Positions 1-8,610 of a stretch of DNA of 124,000 nucleotides are shown one piece after another. The translations under genes were made by a program, and so were the position numbers. The notes below the pieces were generated by a model. That model did no database searches and was not told the DNA's origin. It saw only the letters and a list, made by a program, of their open reading frames with translations. How positions within the stretch are numbered: the stretch's first letter is position 1; every line of letters starts with the position of its first letter. The stretch is from Hyalangium minutum (lineage in GTDB: Bacteria > Myxococcota > Myxococcia > Myxococcales > Myxococcaceae): NCBI RefSeq assembly GCF_000737315.1, contig NZ_JMCB01000013.1, forward strand, positions 144,001-268,000, in the 5' to 3' direction.

Positions 1-2
1 AG

Positions 3-296
3 CACTGCGACGTCGTCATCCTCGAAACGGGCGAGTCCCGGTGGCGGATGCTGGCGGAGATCCTCCAGTCTCGCTCTCCGGACGTGCTCCTGTTGGCCAA
101 CCCCCAGGCGGACCTGTCGGACCTGCTGGAGGCCATCGGCCTGCGACTGGACCTGGTGGGCTTTGGCTCCTCGGCGGGCACCCAGGCCCTGCCGGAGCGG
201 GTGAGGATGCTGCTGGTGAGCCGGAGCATCCAGCGGGCGCAGACGCGGCTCGCCAACGCCCTGCTGCTCTTCCACCGCAGCATCTCCCGCCGCTGA
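3..296 (+). CDS. Hypothetical protein, 3' part only (truncated by the window start)
   Basis: The frame is open from the window edge (HCDVVILETGESRWRMLAEIL...) to the TGA at 296, with GC3-rich codons. Confidence 0.6.
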   Translation, partial: HCDVVILETGESRWRMLAEILQSRSPDVLLLANPQADLSDLLEAIGLRLDLVGFGSSAGTQALPERVRMLLVSRSIQRAQTRLANALLLFHRSISRR

Positions 297-350
297 GCTG
301 AACCCGAGGCGCCAGGAAAACCTGGCGCTTGGACTCGCTCGCAGACCCGC

Positions 351-390
351 AAAAGCGAAGCGCCCGCTCTCCACGAGGAAGAGCGGGCGC
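351..390 (-). terminator. Rho-independent terminator of the tRNA operon
   Basis: An 11-bp stem, GCGCCCGCTCT (360-370) / AGAGCGGGCGC (380-390). AAAA at 351-354 forms a U-tract on the minus strand just downstream of tRNA-Glu. Confidence 0.7.
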
Positions 391-396
391 CTCAGT

Positions 397-468
397 TGAC
401 CCTGCCGGGATTCGAACCCGAGTTTGTGCCGTGAGAGGGCACCGTCCTAACCACTAGACGACAGGGCC
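397..468 (-). tRNA. tRNA-Glu(CTC)
   Basis: The reverse complement folds as a cloverleaf: acceptor GGCCCTG/CAGGGTC, anticodon arm GTGCC-CT-CTC-AC-GGCAC, T-loop GGTTCGAATCC. CCA is not encoded. Confidence 0.97.
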
Positions 469-527
469 GTTCAACTGCGCCTTCAAGTATCGCTTCGGCA
501 TCCTTGCGTCAACCGAAGTTTTTCGAG

Positions 528-598
528 CTGGGGAACTAGGATTCGAACCTAGATAAGCAGAGTCAGAGTCTGCTGTCCTGCCGTTAGACGATTCCCCA
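528..598 (-). tRNA. tRNA-Gln(CTG)
   Basis: Acceptor TGGGGAA/TTCCCCA, anticodon arm GCAGA-CT-CTG-AC-TCTGC, T-loop GGTTCGAATCC. Confidence 0.97.
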
Positions 599-665
599 AG
601 AGCTGCCGTGCTGCGTGCTGCCGACTTCGAAACCTCTCCTACCACAACTCGCCGGGCTTCGTGAA

Positions 666-1085
666 CTACCGAGTTTTCTTCCCCGACTTCGTCTCCGGCG
701 TCTTCCTGACGGGAGCCTGCTTCGGAGGCGCAGGCACCGGAACGACATAGATGCGAACCTCGTCGTTCGCTTCATAAATGTTCAACCCGTCGAAGTTCTT
801 CCCCGAGGGGTTGACGATGTGCACCGCCTTCACGCCCGGCTGGTTGACGATCGGCTTTCGAGGATACGCCTGAGACGGATACACCGTCCGATAGTACTTC
901 AGCGTCTCCTCATAGCCCTGCGGCGCCCGATACCTGTTCTCGCCCACCCTCTGCGCGCCGTCGGGGAGCTGCGCCCCGCTGACCGTCTCCGCCCCCGCCC
1001 CCGTCACCCACAGGACGGCCACAGCCGCCCAGAGCGGGCGCGGCTTATAGAAACGGCTCTTCAGGCTGTCAAGCGCTCGCGACAT
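666..1085 (-). CDS. Conserved hypothetical exported protein
   Basis: 139-aa ORF with a hydrophobic N-terminal segment, co-directional between gltX and the tRNAs. The start is uncertain. Confidence 0.6.
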   Translation of the reverse strand: MSRALDSLKSRFYKPRPLWAAVAVLWVTGAGAETVSGAQLPDGAQRVGENRYRAPQGYEETLKYYRTVYPSQAYPRKPIVNQPGVKAVHIVNPSGKNFDGLNIYEANDEVRIYVVPVPAPPKQAPVRKTPETKSGKKTR

Positions 1086-1151
1086 GGGGCGGCAAGATAG
1101 GGCCCGGCTGCGGCGTCGTCTACCGCCATCGCACGGGCCCCGGTTCAGGTG

Positions 1152-2582
1152 TCAGCCGCGTGCCAGGGCCGCATCCAGCCGGCGCAGGGCCTCGTCCTTG
1201 CCCATGAGGAGCAGCGTCTCGCCGATGCCCGGGCTCACCGTGTTGCCGGTGATGGCCACCCGGATGGGCTGCGCCACCTTGCCCATGCCCACGCCTGCTT
1301 TCTCGCTCACCGTCTTGATGACCGAGTCCAGGCCCGCCACGGTCCACTCCGGCATGGCCGCCACCTCGTCGCGCACCTGCCGGACGAGCTTCAGCGAATC
1401 CGCCGTGAGGTGCTTGGCCGCCGCCTTCTCGTCCAGCGTCACGCCCTGGAGCAGGTAGGGCACGGCCATGGTGGCCATCTCCTCCAGCGTCTTGGCGCGC
1501 TCGCGGAAGGCGATGACGAAGTGCTCCAGGCGCGCGTCGTCCGCGGGCAGCGCGTGGCCCTTGTCCGCGAGGAACGGCGCCAGCCGCCGGGCGATGTCCG
1601 CCGGGGGCAGCGTCTTCAGGTAGTGCTGGTTCAGCCACAGCAGCTTGTCCGGGTTCCACACGCCGGAGGTGCTGCCCACATCCTTGAAGTCGAACCACTC
1701 GACCATCTGCTGGCGGGAGATGACCTCGTCGTTGCCGTGGCTCCAGCCCAGGCGGATGACGAAGTTGAGCAGGGCCTCCGGGAGGATCCCGTTGGCCTTG
1801 TGCAACATGACGTCCGCCTCCTTGTGCTTGCGCTTGGAGAGCTTCTCGCGGTCCGGCCCGAGGATGAGCGGCAGGTGCGCGAACTGCGGCGGTTGCCACC
1901 CGAACGCCTGGTAGAGCATCAGCTGGGGGAAGGTGGAGTTCACGTGCTCCTGCCCGCGCGACACCAGGGTGATCTCCATCAGGTGATCGTCGAGGACGCA
2001 GCCGTAGTTGTAGAGGGGGATGCCGTCGCCGCGCATCATGACCCAGTCATCCAGGTCCGAGTACTCCTTGGTGATCTTCCCCAGCACCAGGTCGTCGAAC
2101 GAGACGGAGCCCTCTTGCGAGGGCATCTTGAAGCGAATCACGTGGTGGCGCCCCTCGGGAGCGTCCTTGCGCTCGCGGCAGGTGCCCTCGTACTTGTAGG
2201 TGCGGCCCTCCTTCTCCGCCTGGGCGCGGCGCTCCTTGAGCTCCTCCTGGGTGCAGTAGCACCGGTAGGCCTTGCCCGCGGCGATGAGCTGATCGATGTG
2301 CTGGCGGTAGGTGTCCAGCCGCTGCGTCTGGAAGTAGGGCGGGAAGGGGCCGCCCTTGTCGGGGCCCTCGTCCCAGTCGATGTCCAGCCACTTGAGCCCG
2401 TCCAGGATGGCCTTCAGCGAGGCCTCCGTGGAGCGCTCCAGGTCCGTGTCCTCGATGCGCAGGATGAACGTGCCGCCGAAGCGGCGCGCATAGAGGTAGT
2501 TGAACAGCGCGGTCCGGGCGCCACCAATGTGCAGGTAGCCGGTAGGAGAGGGTGCGAAACGTACGCGGTGAGCGGAGGCCAT
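1152..2582 (-). CDS. gltX: Glutamate--tRNA ligase
   Basis: RVRFAPSPTGYLHIGGAR (HIGH motif), LRIEDTD and KLSKR (KMSKS-like) motifs. Confidence 0.97.
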   Translation of the reverse strand: MASAHRVRFAPSPTGYLHIGGARTALFNYLYARRFGGTFILRIEDTDLERSTEASLKAILDGLKWLDIDWDEGPDKGGPFPPYFQTQRLDTYRQHIDQLIAAGKAYRCYCTQEELKERRAQAEKEGRTYKYEGTCRERKDAPEGRHHVIRFKMPSQEGSVSFDDLVLGKITKEYSDLDDWVMMRGDGIPLYNYGCVLDDHLMEITLVSRGQEHVNSTFPQLMLYQAFGWQPPQFAHLPLILGPDREKLSKRKHKEADVMLHKANGILPEALLNFVIRLGWSHGNDEVISRQQMVEWFDFKDVGSTSGVWNPDKLLWLNQHYLKTLPPADIARRLAPFLADKGHALPADDARLEHFVIAFRERAKTLEEMATMAVPYLLQGVTLDEKAAAKHLTADSLKLVRQVRDEVAAMPEWTVAGLDSVIKTVSEKAGVGMGKVAQPIRVAITGNTVSPGIGETLLLMGKDEALRRLDAALARG

Positions 2583-2694
2583 ATGAGGAGGCGCGGATTA
2601 GCAAGCGGGGGGATGACTGGTCAACGCGTGTCCAACAGTGAGCCGAGCGTTGCTGGAACCCATGGGCTACACTGACGGCAACAGAGGTGACCTG

Positions 2695-3270
2695 ATGACA
2701 CTCCGCACCATGATCTCCGCGCTCCTGGCCGTCGCCCTGCTGGCCGGGCTGCCAGCAGCCGCCACGACGATGCTCCGAATCGACCTGCCCGAGCTGGCCC
2801 AGGGCTCTGACACCGTGGTCCATGGCACCGTGCGCCGCACGGAGAGCCGGTGGAGCGCGGACAAGCGCCGCATCGTCACCGATGTGGAGATTGAAGTGGC
2901 GGAGACGCTCAAGGGGCAGGCGGGCAACACGGTGCTCGTCGTCCAGCCAGGGGGCCGGGTAGGGGACATTGGCCAGGTCGTCCACGGGCTGGCCTCGTTC
3001 TCCGAGGGCGAGGAGGTGGTGGTGTTCCTCGAGCGCCGCGGCACGAGCGCCTTCCGCGTCATGGGCATGGCCCAGGGCAAGTACCAGGTTCGCCGCTCCG
3101 CCGATGACCGCTCGGCGCTTGCTGTGCCGGACAACACGGGGGACGCGCTGCTGCTGGACCCGTCGACGCGCCAGCCGAGCACCACCGCGCAGCGGACGCT
3201 CACGCTCGACGAGCTCAAGGCCGCCATCAAGACCGCCTTGCAGCAGCCAGGGCAGGAGAAGCGCCAGTGA
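2695..3270 (+). CDS. Secreted protein, partner of the downstream metalloproteases
   Basis: Sec signal peptide; beta-rich V.G.V...V.E.LKG...PGG pattern as seen next to or fused to matrixin-like proteases; 4-bp overlap with the next gene. Confidence 0.65.
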   Translation: MTLRTMISALLAVALLAGLPAAATTMLRIDLPELAQGSDTVVHGTVRRTESRWSADKRRIVTDVEIEVAETLKGQAGNTVLVVQPGGRVGDIGQVVHGLASFSEGEEVVVFLERRGTSAFRVMGMAQGKYQVRRSADDRSALAVPDNTGDALLLDPSTRQPSTTAQRTLTLDELKAAIKTALQQPGQEKRQ

Positions 3271-4163
3271 TGATTCCCGCATTGGTACTCGCCCTCTCGC
3301 TGGGCCAGGTCTCCTCGGCTCCCTATGCGCGCAGCCGCGCCGATGCGGGCGATTCCTCGTCGCAGTGCCTCTTCTGGACGGTGCCGAAGATCACCTGGTA
3401 CCAGAGCTCCGTCGGCAACCCGCCGACGAAGCCCGCAGGCTCCGAGTTCGATGCCGTCCGCCGCTCCTTCCAGAACTGGCAGGAGGTCTTCTCCTCGTGC
3501 GGCAACCTCTCCATGGCGGAGGGGGGCACGGTGAATGACCGAGAGGTGGGCTACGAGGTGGGCGGTGACAACCGCAACCTCGTGCTCTTCCGCCAGCGCC
3601 GGTGCTCGGAGGTGGCGCCGTCCAATGACTCCTGCTGGACTGACGACGTCTGCGGCAACAAGTACGACTGCTGGAGCAATGACAGCCAGACGATCGCCGT
3701 CACCCTCACCACGTACGACGAGATCTCCGGCATCATCTACGACTCGGACATCGAGCTGAACACGCCGGGCTTCTACTTCACCACGTCGGATGGGCCGCTC
3801 TGCAATCTGCCGGTGACGACCACCCACTGTGTCTCCACCGACGTGGAGAACACGATGACGCACGAGATCGGTCACTTCATCGGACTGGACCACACCACCT
3901 ACCTGGGCTCGACGATGAACCCTCGGGCTCAGCCCGGAGAGACGTCCAAGCGGACCATCGATCAGGGCTCCAAGGACTTCGTCTGCGCGGCGTATCCGAA
4001 GGGGAAGCCCAGCGTGGCCTGCATCCATCCCACCACGGAGCAGACGCTGGGGCGCAAGGCCGCGCTGGCGGGCTGCTCCAGCGCCGGGGCCGAGGCGTGG
4101 TTGCCCGCGCTGGCGGGTTGGGTCCTGCTGGCCGTGCGCCGCCGCCGGGGGGCTGGCGCGTGA
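3267..4163 (+). CDS. Myxosortase-dependent matrixin-like Zn metalloprotease (MXAN_2677/2678-like family)
   Basis: Signal peptide, HEIGHFIGLDH zinc motif, Met-turn (STMNP) and a C-terminal GC-hydrophobic-RRRR MYXO-CTERM-like tail. Confidence 0.85.
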   Translation: MMIPALVLALSLGQVSSAPYARSRADAGDSSSQCLFWTVPKITWYQSSVGNPPTKPAGSEFDAVRRSFQNWQEVFSSCGNLSMAEGGTVNDREVGYEVGGDNRNLVLFRQRRCSEVAPSNDSCWTDDVCGNKYDCWSNDSQTIAVTLTTYDEISGIIYDSDIELNTPGFYFTTSDGPLCNLPVTTTHCVSTDVENTMTHEIGHFIGLDHTTYLGSTMNPRAQPGETSKRTIDQGSKDFVCAAYPKGKPSVACIHPTTEQTLGRKAALAGCSSAGAEAWLPALAGWVLLAVRRRRGAGA

Positions 4164-5071
4164 GCCGTCTCCTGCCGCTCCTGCTGGCGGTCCTGTTCAT
4201 GGCGCCTGCCGCGGGAGCGCAGGTCTACCGGCGCACCGCGGTGCCCGGCCAGCCGCTGTGCCTCAACTGGCTCAGCCGCGAGTTCGTCTACCACGTCGAC
4301 TCCCAGGGCAGCCTCCGCACGCCCCGGGACACCGAGTTCCCCGCCATCGAAGCCTCGTTCGACACTTGGCGGACGCTCTCGGCGACGTGCAGTGACTTCA
4401 CCTTCGTCCGCGGCCCGGACGTGGACCGCCCCTTCGTGGGCTATGACAAGACCCCGGGCGCGGAGAACCAGAACGTCATCACCTTCCGGGAGACCGCTTG
4501 CCGGGATGTCGTTCCGTTCGATGATCCGTGCATCGACGCGGAGACCTGCGCGAACGATTTCTCCTGCTGGGAGCATGGGGACCTGACCATTGGGCTCACC
4601 ACGACGACTTTCAGCTTCAAGAACGGCGTCATCCTGGACGCGGACATCGAGCTCAATGCCTCGCAGCCCGGAGGCAACCTGGGCTTCCTCTTTACCGTCG
4701 TCAGCTCCCCGCTCTGCGAGGGCCTCCCCAACCCGGACTGCGTGGCCATAGACCTGCAGAACACGCTGACCCATGAGATTGGCCACGCCATGGGGCTTGA
4801 TCACGTGTTCGAGCCGCTCTCCACCATGGAGGCCTCAGCACCCCCAGGTGAGACGACGAAGCGGATCCTCGATGTGGGCACCTCCGCAGGCTTCTGTGAC
4901 ACGTACCCGCGCGGTCTGCCTCCCACGCAGTGCACCGCGCTCGGCGTGTCGAGCAAGAACCTCTTGGCCCAGAGCGCGGGGACTACCTGCGCGGCGGCCC
5001 CGGGAGGGCTGCTGCCCGGTGTGCTGCTGAGCCTGTGGATGCTCCGGCTCCGGCGCAGGGCTCGCCGCTAG
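4160..5071 (+). CDS. Second myxosortase-dependent matrixin-like metalloprotease (paralog)
   Basis: HEIGHAMGLDH motif and C-terminal TC-hydrophobic-RRRARR tail. The GTG start overlaps the previous stop. Confidence 0.85.
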   Translation: MSRLLPLLLAVLFMAPAAGAQVYRRTAVPGQPLCLNWLSREFVYHVDSQGSLRTPRDTEFPAIEASFDTWRTLSATCSDFTFVRGPDVDRPFVGYDKTPGAENQNVITFRETACRDVVPFDDPCIDAETCANDFSCWEHGDLTIGLTTTTFSFKNGVILDADIELNASQPGGNLGFLFTVVSSPLCEGLPNPDCVAIDLQNTLTHEIGHAMGLDHVFEPLSTMEASAPPGETTKRILDVGTSAGFCDTYPRGLPPTQCTALGVSSKNLLAQSAGTTCAAAPGGLLPGVLLSLWMLRLRRRARR

Positions 5072-5080
5072 GGGGCGCCC

Positions 5081-5800
5081 ATGGGCGTCGCGTTCTTCGA
5101 TCTCGACAAGACGCTGCTCGCGGTGAACTCCGCCACGCTGTGGATCCGCCGTGAGGTGGCCCTGGGCCACATCTCCCGTCTTCAGGCACTTCGCGCCAGC
5201 CTGTGGATCGCCCGCTACCACCTGGGCTTCGTCTCCATGCAGGACGCGGTGGTCGCGGCCATTGCCCAGCTGGCGGGCACCTCGGCTCAGGCGCTCCAGG
5301 ATCGCACCACCGCCTTCTATGAGGCGCAGGTCCGTCCGCTCTATCGCCCCGGCGCCCTTCGCGCCGTCGAAGAGCATCGCGGCGCGGGAGATCGGCTGGT
5401 GCTGCTGACGTCCTCCTCGGGCTACCTCTCAGAGCTCGTCTTGCGCGATCTGCGCCTGGACGCCATCCTCTGCAACCGCTTCGAGGTGGATGCGCACGGC
5501 CTGCACACCGGCCGTCCTCTGGGAGATGTCTGCTTCGGATCGGGCAAGCTCACCCACGCGGAGCGCTACTCCCGGGAGGCGGGCTTCGCGCTGTCCCAGT
5601 GCTCCTTCTATACGGACTCGTATTCGGATCTGCCCGTGCTGGAGGTGGTGGGGAGGCCCGTGGCCGTGCACCCGGACTACCGCCTGCGCCGCGAGGCGGT
5701 GCGGCGCGGCTGGCCGGTGGTGGACTGGGGTGTGCCCTCCATCGGGGCCCCGGCCGCCGGTTCGCCTGCGTCTCCGCAGGCGGGCTCCGGCGCCGGGTGA
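5081..5800 (+). CDS. HAD-IB family hydrolase
   Basis: FFDLDKTL motif I and FYTDSYSDLP motif IV. Confidence 0.85.
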   Translation: MGVAFFDLDKTLLAVNSATLWIRREVALGHISRLQALRASLWIARYHLGFVSMQDAVVAAIAQLAGTSAQALQDRTTAFYEAQVRPLYRPGALRAVEEHRGAGDRLVLLTSSSGYLSELVLRDLRLDAILCNRFEVDAHGLHTGRPLGDVCFGSGKLTHAERYSREAGFALSQCSFYTDSYSDLPVLEVVGRPVAVHPDYRLRREAVRRGWPVVDWGVPSIGAPAAGSPASPQAGSGAG

Positions 5801-5807
5801 GCGGCGC

Positions 5808-7808
5808 TCAGCGCCGCGGCATCTGCAACTTGATGTTGAACACGTAGTCCACCGCGACCACCTGGCCCTTATAGAGGATGGGCTTGTAGACGCGCGACAG
5901 CAGCGCCGCCACCACCGTCTGCTCCATGAGCGGCACGGACTTGAGCACGCGGCAGCTCTGCACGCGGCCCTCGCGGGTGATGGTGCACTTCACCAGCATG
6001 GTTCCCTGCACCCGGGCCGCCAGCGCCTCGCGGGTATAGGTGATCTCCTTGCCTTCGAGCTGCTCCGGCCGGCTCATGCCATCGCCGTACGGCATGGGCT
6101 TGGCGCCCGCCGCAGCGAGCACGTTGGCCGGGAGCACCTGCACGGCCCCCCCGCTGCCTGACGTCTCCGTGGGAGCGTTGTCGGAATCGGCCGCCTTGGC
6201 CACGGGCGCCGAGGGCGCCAGGGACTCCGCCGGATGCAGCGAGGCCATGGAGGTGGCGGGCTCCAGGCTGGAGCCGCGCGCACTGGCGAACTCGGTCCTC
6301 GAGCCCGGCAGGCCTCCCCGGCGCCTCTGCAGCTTCTGCGAGAGCACCACGTCTCCCGAGCCACCGGTGATCACGGCCTCGGTCTGGTAGCCCTCGAGCG
6401 CGAAGACGAGCTCGGCCGTCACCGTGCCGTCGCCGCCCGCGGGGAGCTCCAGGACGAACGGCGTCGTGCCGCGCTCCTTGCCCTGGTAATAGACGCGCGC
6501 GCCCGTGGGCTCGCTCATGAGGCGGAAGCGCACCTTCTGGGGCGCCGCCTGCGTGGGCTCGGGCGCGGCCGGGGGAGGCGTCGAGGGAGCCGGGGCCGCC
6601 GCGGGCGTTGCCTCGGCCACCACGGGTGCGGCGGGAGGGGCCTCCTTCGGGCGCATCACGGCGAACGTCGTCCCCAGCCCGAGGACGATGGCACCCCCAG
6701 CCAGCGCCAGGGCCAGCGTCTTGCGCTTGCGGCCCTTGGCCGCCGACTCGGGCTCCTCGACGCTGATGTCCAGCGCCAGGGTGGAAGAGCTGGTGTCCGT
6801 GGCTGCGGCGGACGCGAAGGCAGGGGAGGGGTGGGGGCCCGTGGTCGCCCCGGCACCGGGACGCTTGAAGATGCCGCTGTGGCCACCGGCGGCCATGTTG
6901 GCCGTCCGCAGCGCCTCCAGCATCTCGTCCATGGACTGGTAGCGCCGCGCGGGATCCTTCTCCAGGCAGCGCATCACCACGTGCTCGATGTCCGCGGGTA
7001 CGGGGTGGTGCGGCCGCAGCGAGTTGAAGGGCGGAGGCGGCTCCTTGCAGTGCGCGAAGATGAGCTCCAGGTGGTCCCGCGCGATGAACGGTGGGCGGCC
7101 CTGCAGCATCTGGTACATCACCACGCCCAGCGAGTAGATGTCGCTGCGCGCGTCCGACACGTTGCGCGCCTGCTCCGGAGCCATGTACTGCGGCGAGCCG
7201 AGGAACGTGCCGCTCTGGGTGATCTCCGGGTTGAGTGCCGCCTGGGCCTCATTCTCGGCGATGTACTTCACCAGGCCGAAGTCCAGCACCTTCACCAGAT
7301 CCTGGTCCGACTCATTCAGGAGCATGATGTTGGCGGGCTTCAGGTCCCGGTGGACGATGCCGATGCCGTGGGCCTCGCGCAGGGAGCGACAGACCTGTTG
7401 CACGATGGCAATCACCCGGCTCCACGGCAGGGAGCCAGATTGGGCGAGCGCCTGCGCAAGTGTCCTACCCTCCAGGTACTCCATGGCGATGTAGTAGATG
7501 CCGTCTTCGCTCTGGCCGTAGTCGATCACCGTCACCGTATTGGGGTGGCGGAGCTTGGACGTGAGCGAGGCCTCGCGCAGGAAGCGCTGCTGAAAGCCGG
7601 GATCCTTGGTGCTGGGGAAGCTGGGGTTGAGGACCTTGAGCGCCACCACCCGGTCCAGCGGGGCCTGCATGGCCTTGTACACCTTGCCCATGCCGCCGAT
7701 GCCAATCGGCTCGGTGATGCTGAAGCGACCATTGAGTGTCCGGCCAACGAGCGGATCCCCCCCGGGGGTCGCAACGGCCTCAGTGCTCGGAGCGTCACTC
7801 TTGATCAT
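5808..7808 (-). CDS. Membrane Ser/Thr protein kinase with PEGA-like and C-terminal TonB_C domains
   Basis: Kinase motifs GIGGMG, VALK, HRDLKPAN, DFG and APE; a TM helix; a SEPTGARVY PEGA-like segment; C-terminal YTREALAARVQGTMLVKCTIT...G.V TonB_C pattern. Confidence 0.85.
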   Translation of the reverse strand: MIKSDAPSTEAVATPGGDPLVGRTLNGRFSITEPIGIGGMGKVYKAMQAPLDRVVALKVLNPSFPSTKDPGFQQRFLREASLTSKLRHPNTVTVIDYGQSEDGIYYIAMEYLEGRTLAQALAQSGSLPWSRVIAIVQQVCRSLREAHGIGIVHRDLKPANIMLLNESDQDLVKVLDFGLVKYIAENEAQAALNPEITQSGTFLGSPQYMAPEQARNVSDARSDIYSLGVVMYQMLQGRPPFIARDHLELIFAHCKEPPPPFNSLRPHHPVPADIEHVVMRCLEKDPARRYQSMDEMLEALRTANMAAGGHSGIFKRPGAGATTGPHPSPAFASAAATDTSSSTLALDISVEEPESAAKGRKRKTLALALAGGAIVLGLGTTFAVMRPKEAPPAAPVVAEATPAAAPAPSTPPPAAPEPTQAAPQKVRFRLMSEPTGARVYYQGKERGTTPFVLELPAGGDGTVTAELVFALEGYQTEAVITGGSGDVVLSQKLQRRRGGLPGSRTEFASARGSSLEPATSMASLHPAESLAPSAPVAKAADSDNAPTETSGSGGAVQVLPANVLAAAGAKPMPYGDGMSRPEQLEGKEITYTREALAARVQGTMLVKCTITREGRVQSCRVLKSVPLMEQTVVAALLSRVYKPILYKGQVVAVDYVFNIKLQMPRR

Positions 7809-8043
7809 TCCTGCCCCCTGCCTGCAAACGACATCCATGCCTCCGTCCCGGGTCCCGGTGACCATCAAACCACAACCGCAAGTCCGCCGCGATCACCGCC
7901 CAGCACCCACCGTATCAGGTCGGACACAGCGTTTTGGAGCAGCCGAGGAAGCGACCTTGGCCGCTCGCCCGCATTGACGGTCCTCCATTGGGCAGACTAC
8001 GTTTCGGACTTACCCGAGCCCGATTTTCGGGTGGGTCTCCCCG

Positions 8044-8610
8044 ATGGCTGAAACTCCCACAAATCCGGCGGAATCCCAGGCCCAACGTGCCTCTGTCCAG
8101 CGGCGGCTGATCTCGCTGGAGAACGAGCTGGCGCGGCTGCGGCGAGAACTCTTTCACCTTGGCGGCGAACACCGGCTGCCCGGGCTTTTCCTCACTGTAG
8201 AGGTCGCCGGCACCCAGGTGCTCTTGCCTTCTGACGCAGTGCAGGAGGTGGTCCGGCTGGTGGAGCTGCAGATCCTCCCAAGCTCACCCCCGCATGTGCT
8301 GGGCGCCTTCGTCTACCGAGGCGTGTCCGCCATCGCGGTGGATCTGGCCCGGATGATGGGGGTGGAGCGCGAGCCCTCGCTGGATGCCCACCTGGTGGTG
8401 TGCTCCGGCATCCGCACCGTGGCGCTGCTGGTGGACCACGTGCAGGACATCGTCGAGGCACCGTTGCTGGTGGATCGGGTGGAGGAGACCGAACAGAGGT
8501 CTCCGTGGGACAAGACCGGCTTGATGGCGGGGCTGTGCCGCTCTTCGGATGGCGCCTTGCGCCCGCTCTTGAAGACCTCGGCCATCCTAGCGGTCCCGGA
8601 GGAGACGTGA
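8044..8610 (+). CDS. cheW: Chemotaxis coupling protein CheW (Che4-type, CheW4a-like)
   Basis: VQEVVRL...LPSSPPHVLG...RG...AVDL CheW pattern; first gene of the che operon. Confidence 0.85.
   Translation: MAETPTNPAESQAQRASVQRRLISLENELARLRRELFHLGGEHRLPGLFLTVEVAGTQVLLPSDAVQEVVRLVELQILPSSPPHVLGAFVYRGVSAIAVDLARMMGVEREPSLDAHLVVCSGIRTVALLVDHVQDIVEAPLLVDRVEETEQRSPWDKTGLMAGLCRSSDGALRPLLKTSAILAVPEET

Noticed and set aside
397-598. tRNA 3' ends as an integration site
   Set aside because: No integrase or duplicated tRNA 3' fragment was seen in the window.
1149-2675. Long antisense and alternate-frame ORFs throughout the window (e.g. 1149-2675, 35137-37257, 49109-52054, 105519-108425)
   Set aside because: These are shadow ORFs expected at about 70% GC. 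They overlap well-supported genes and carry no domain motifs.
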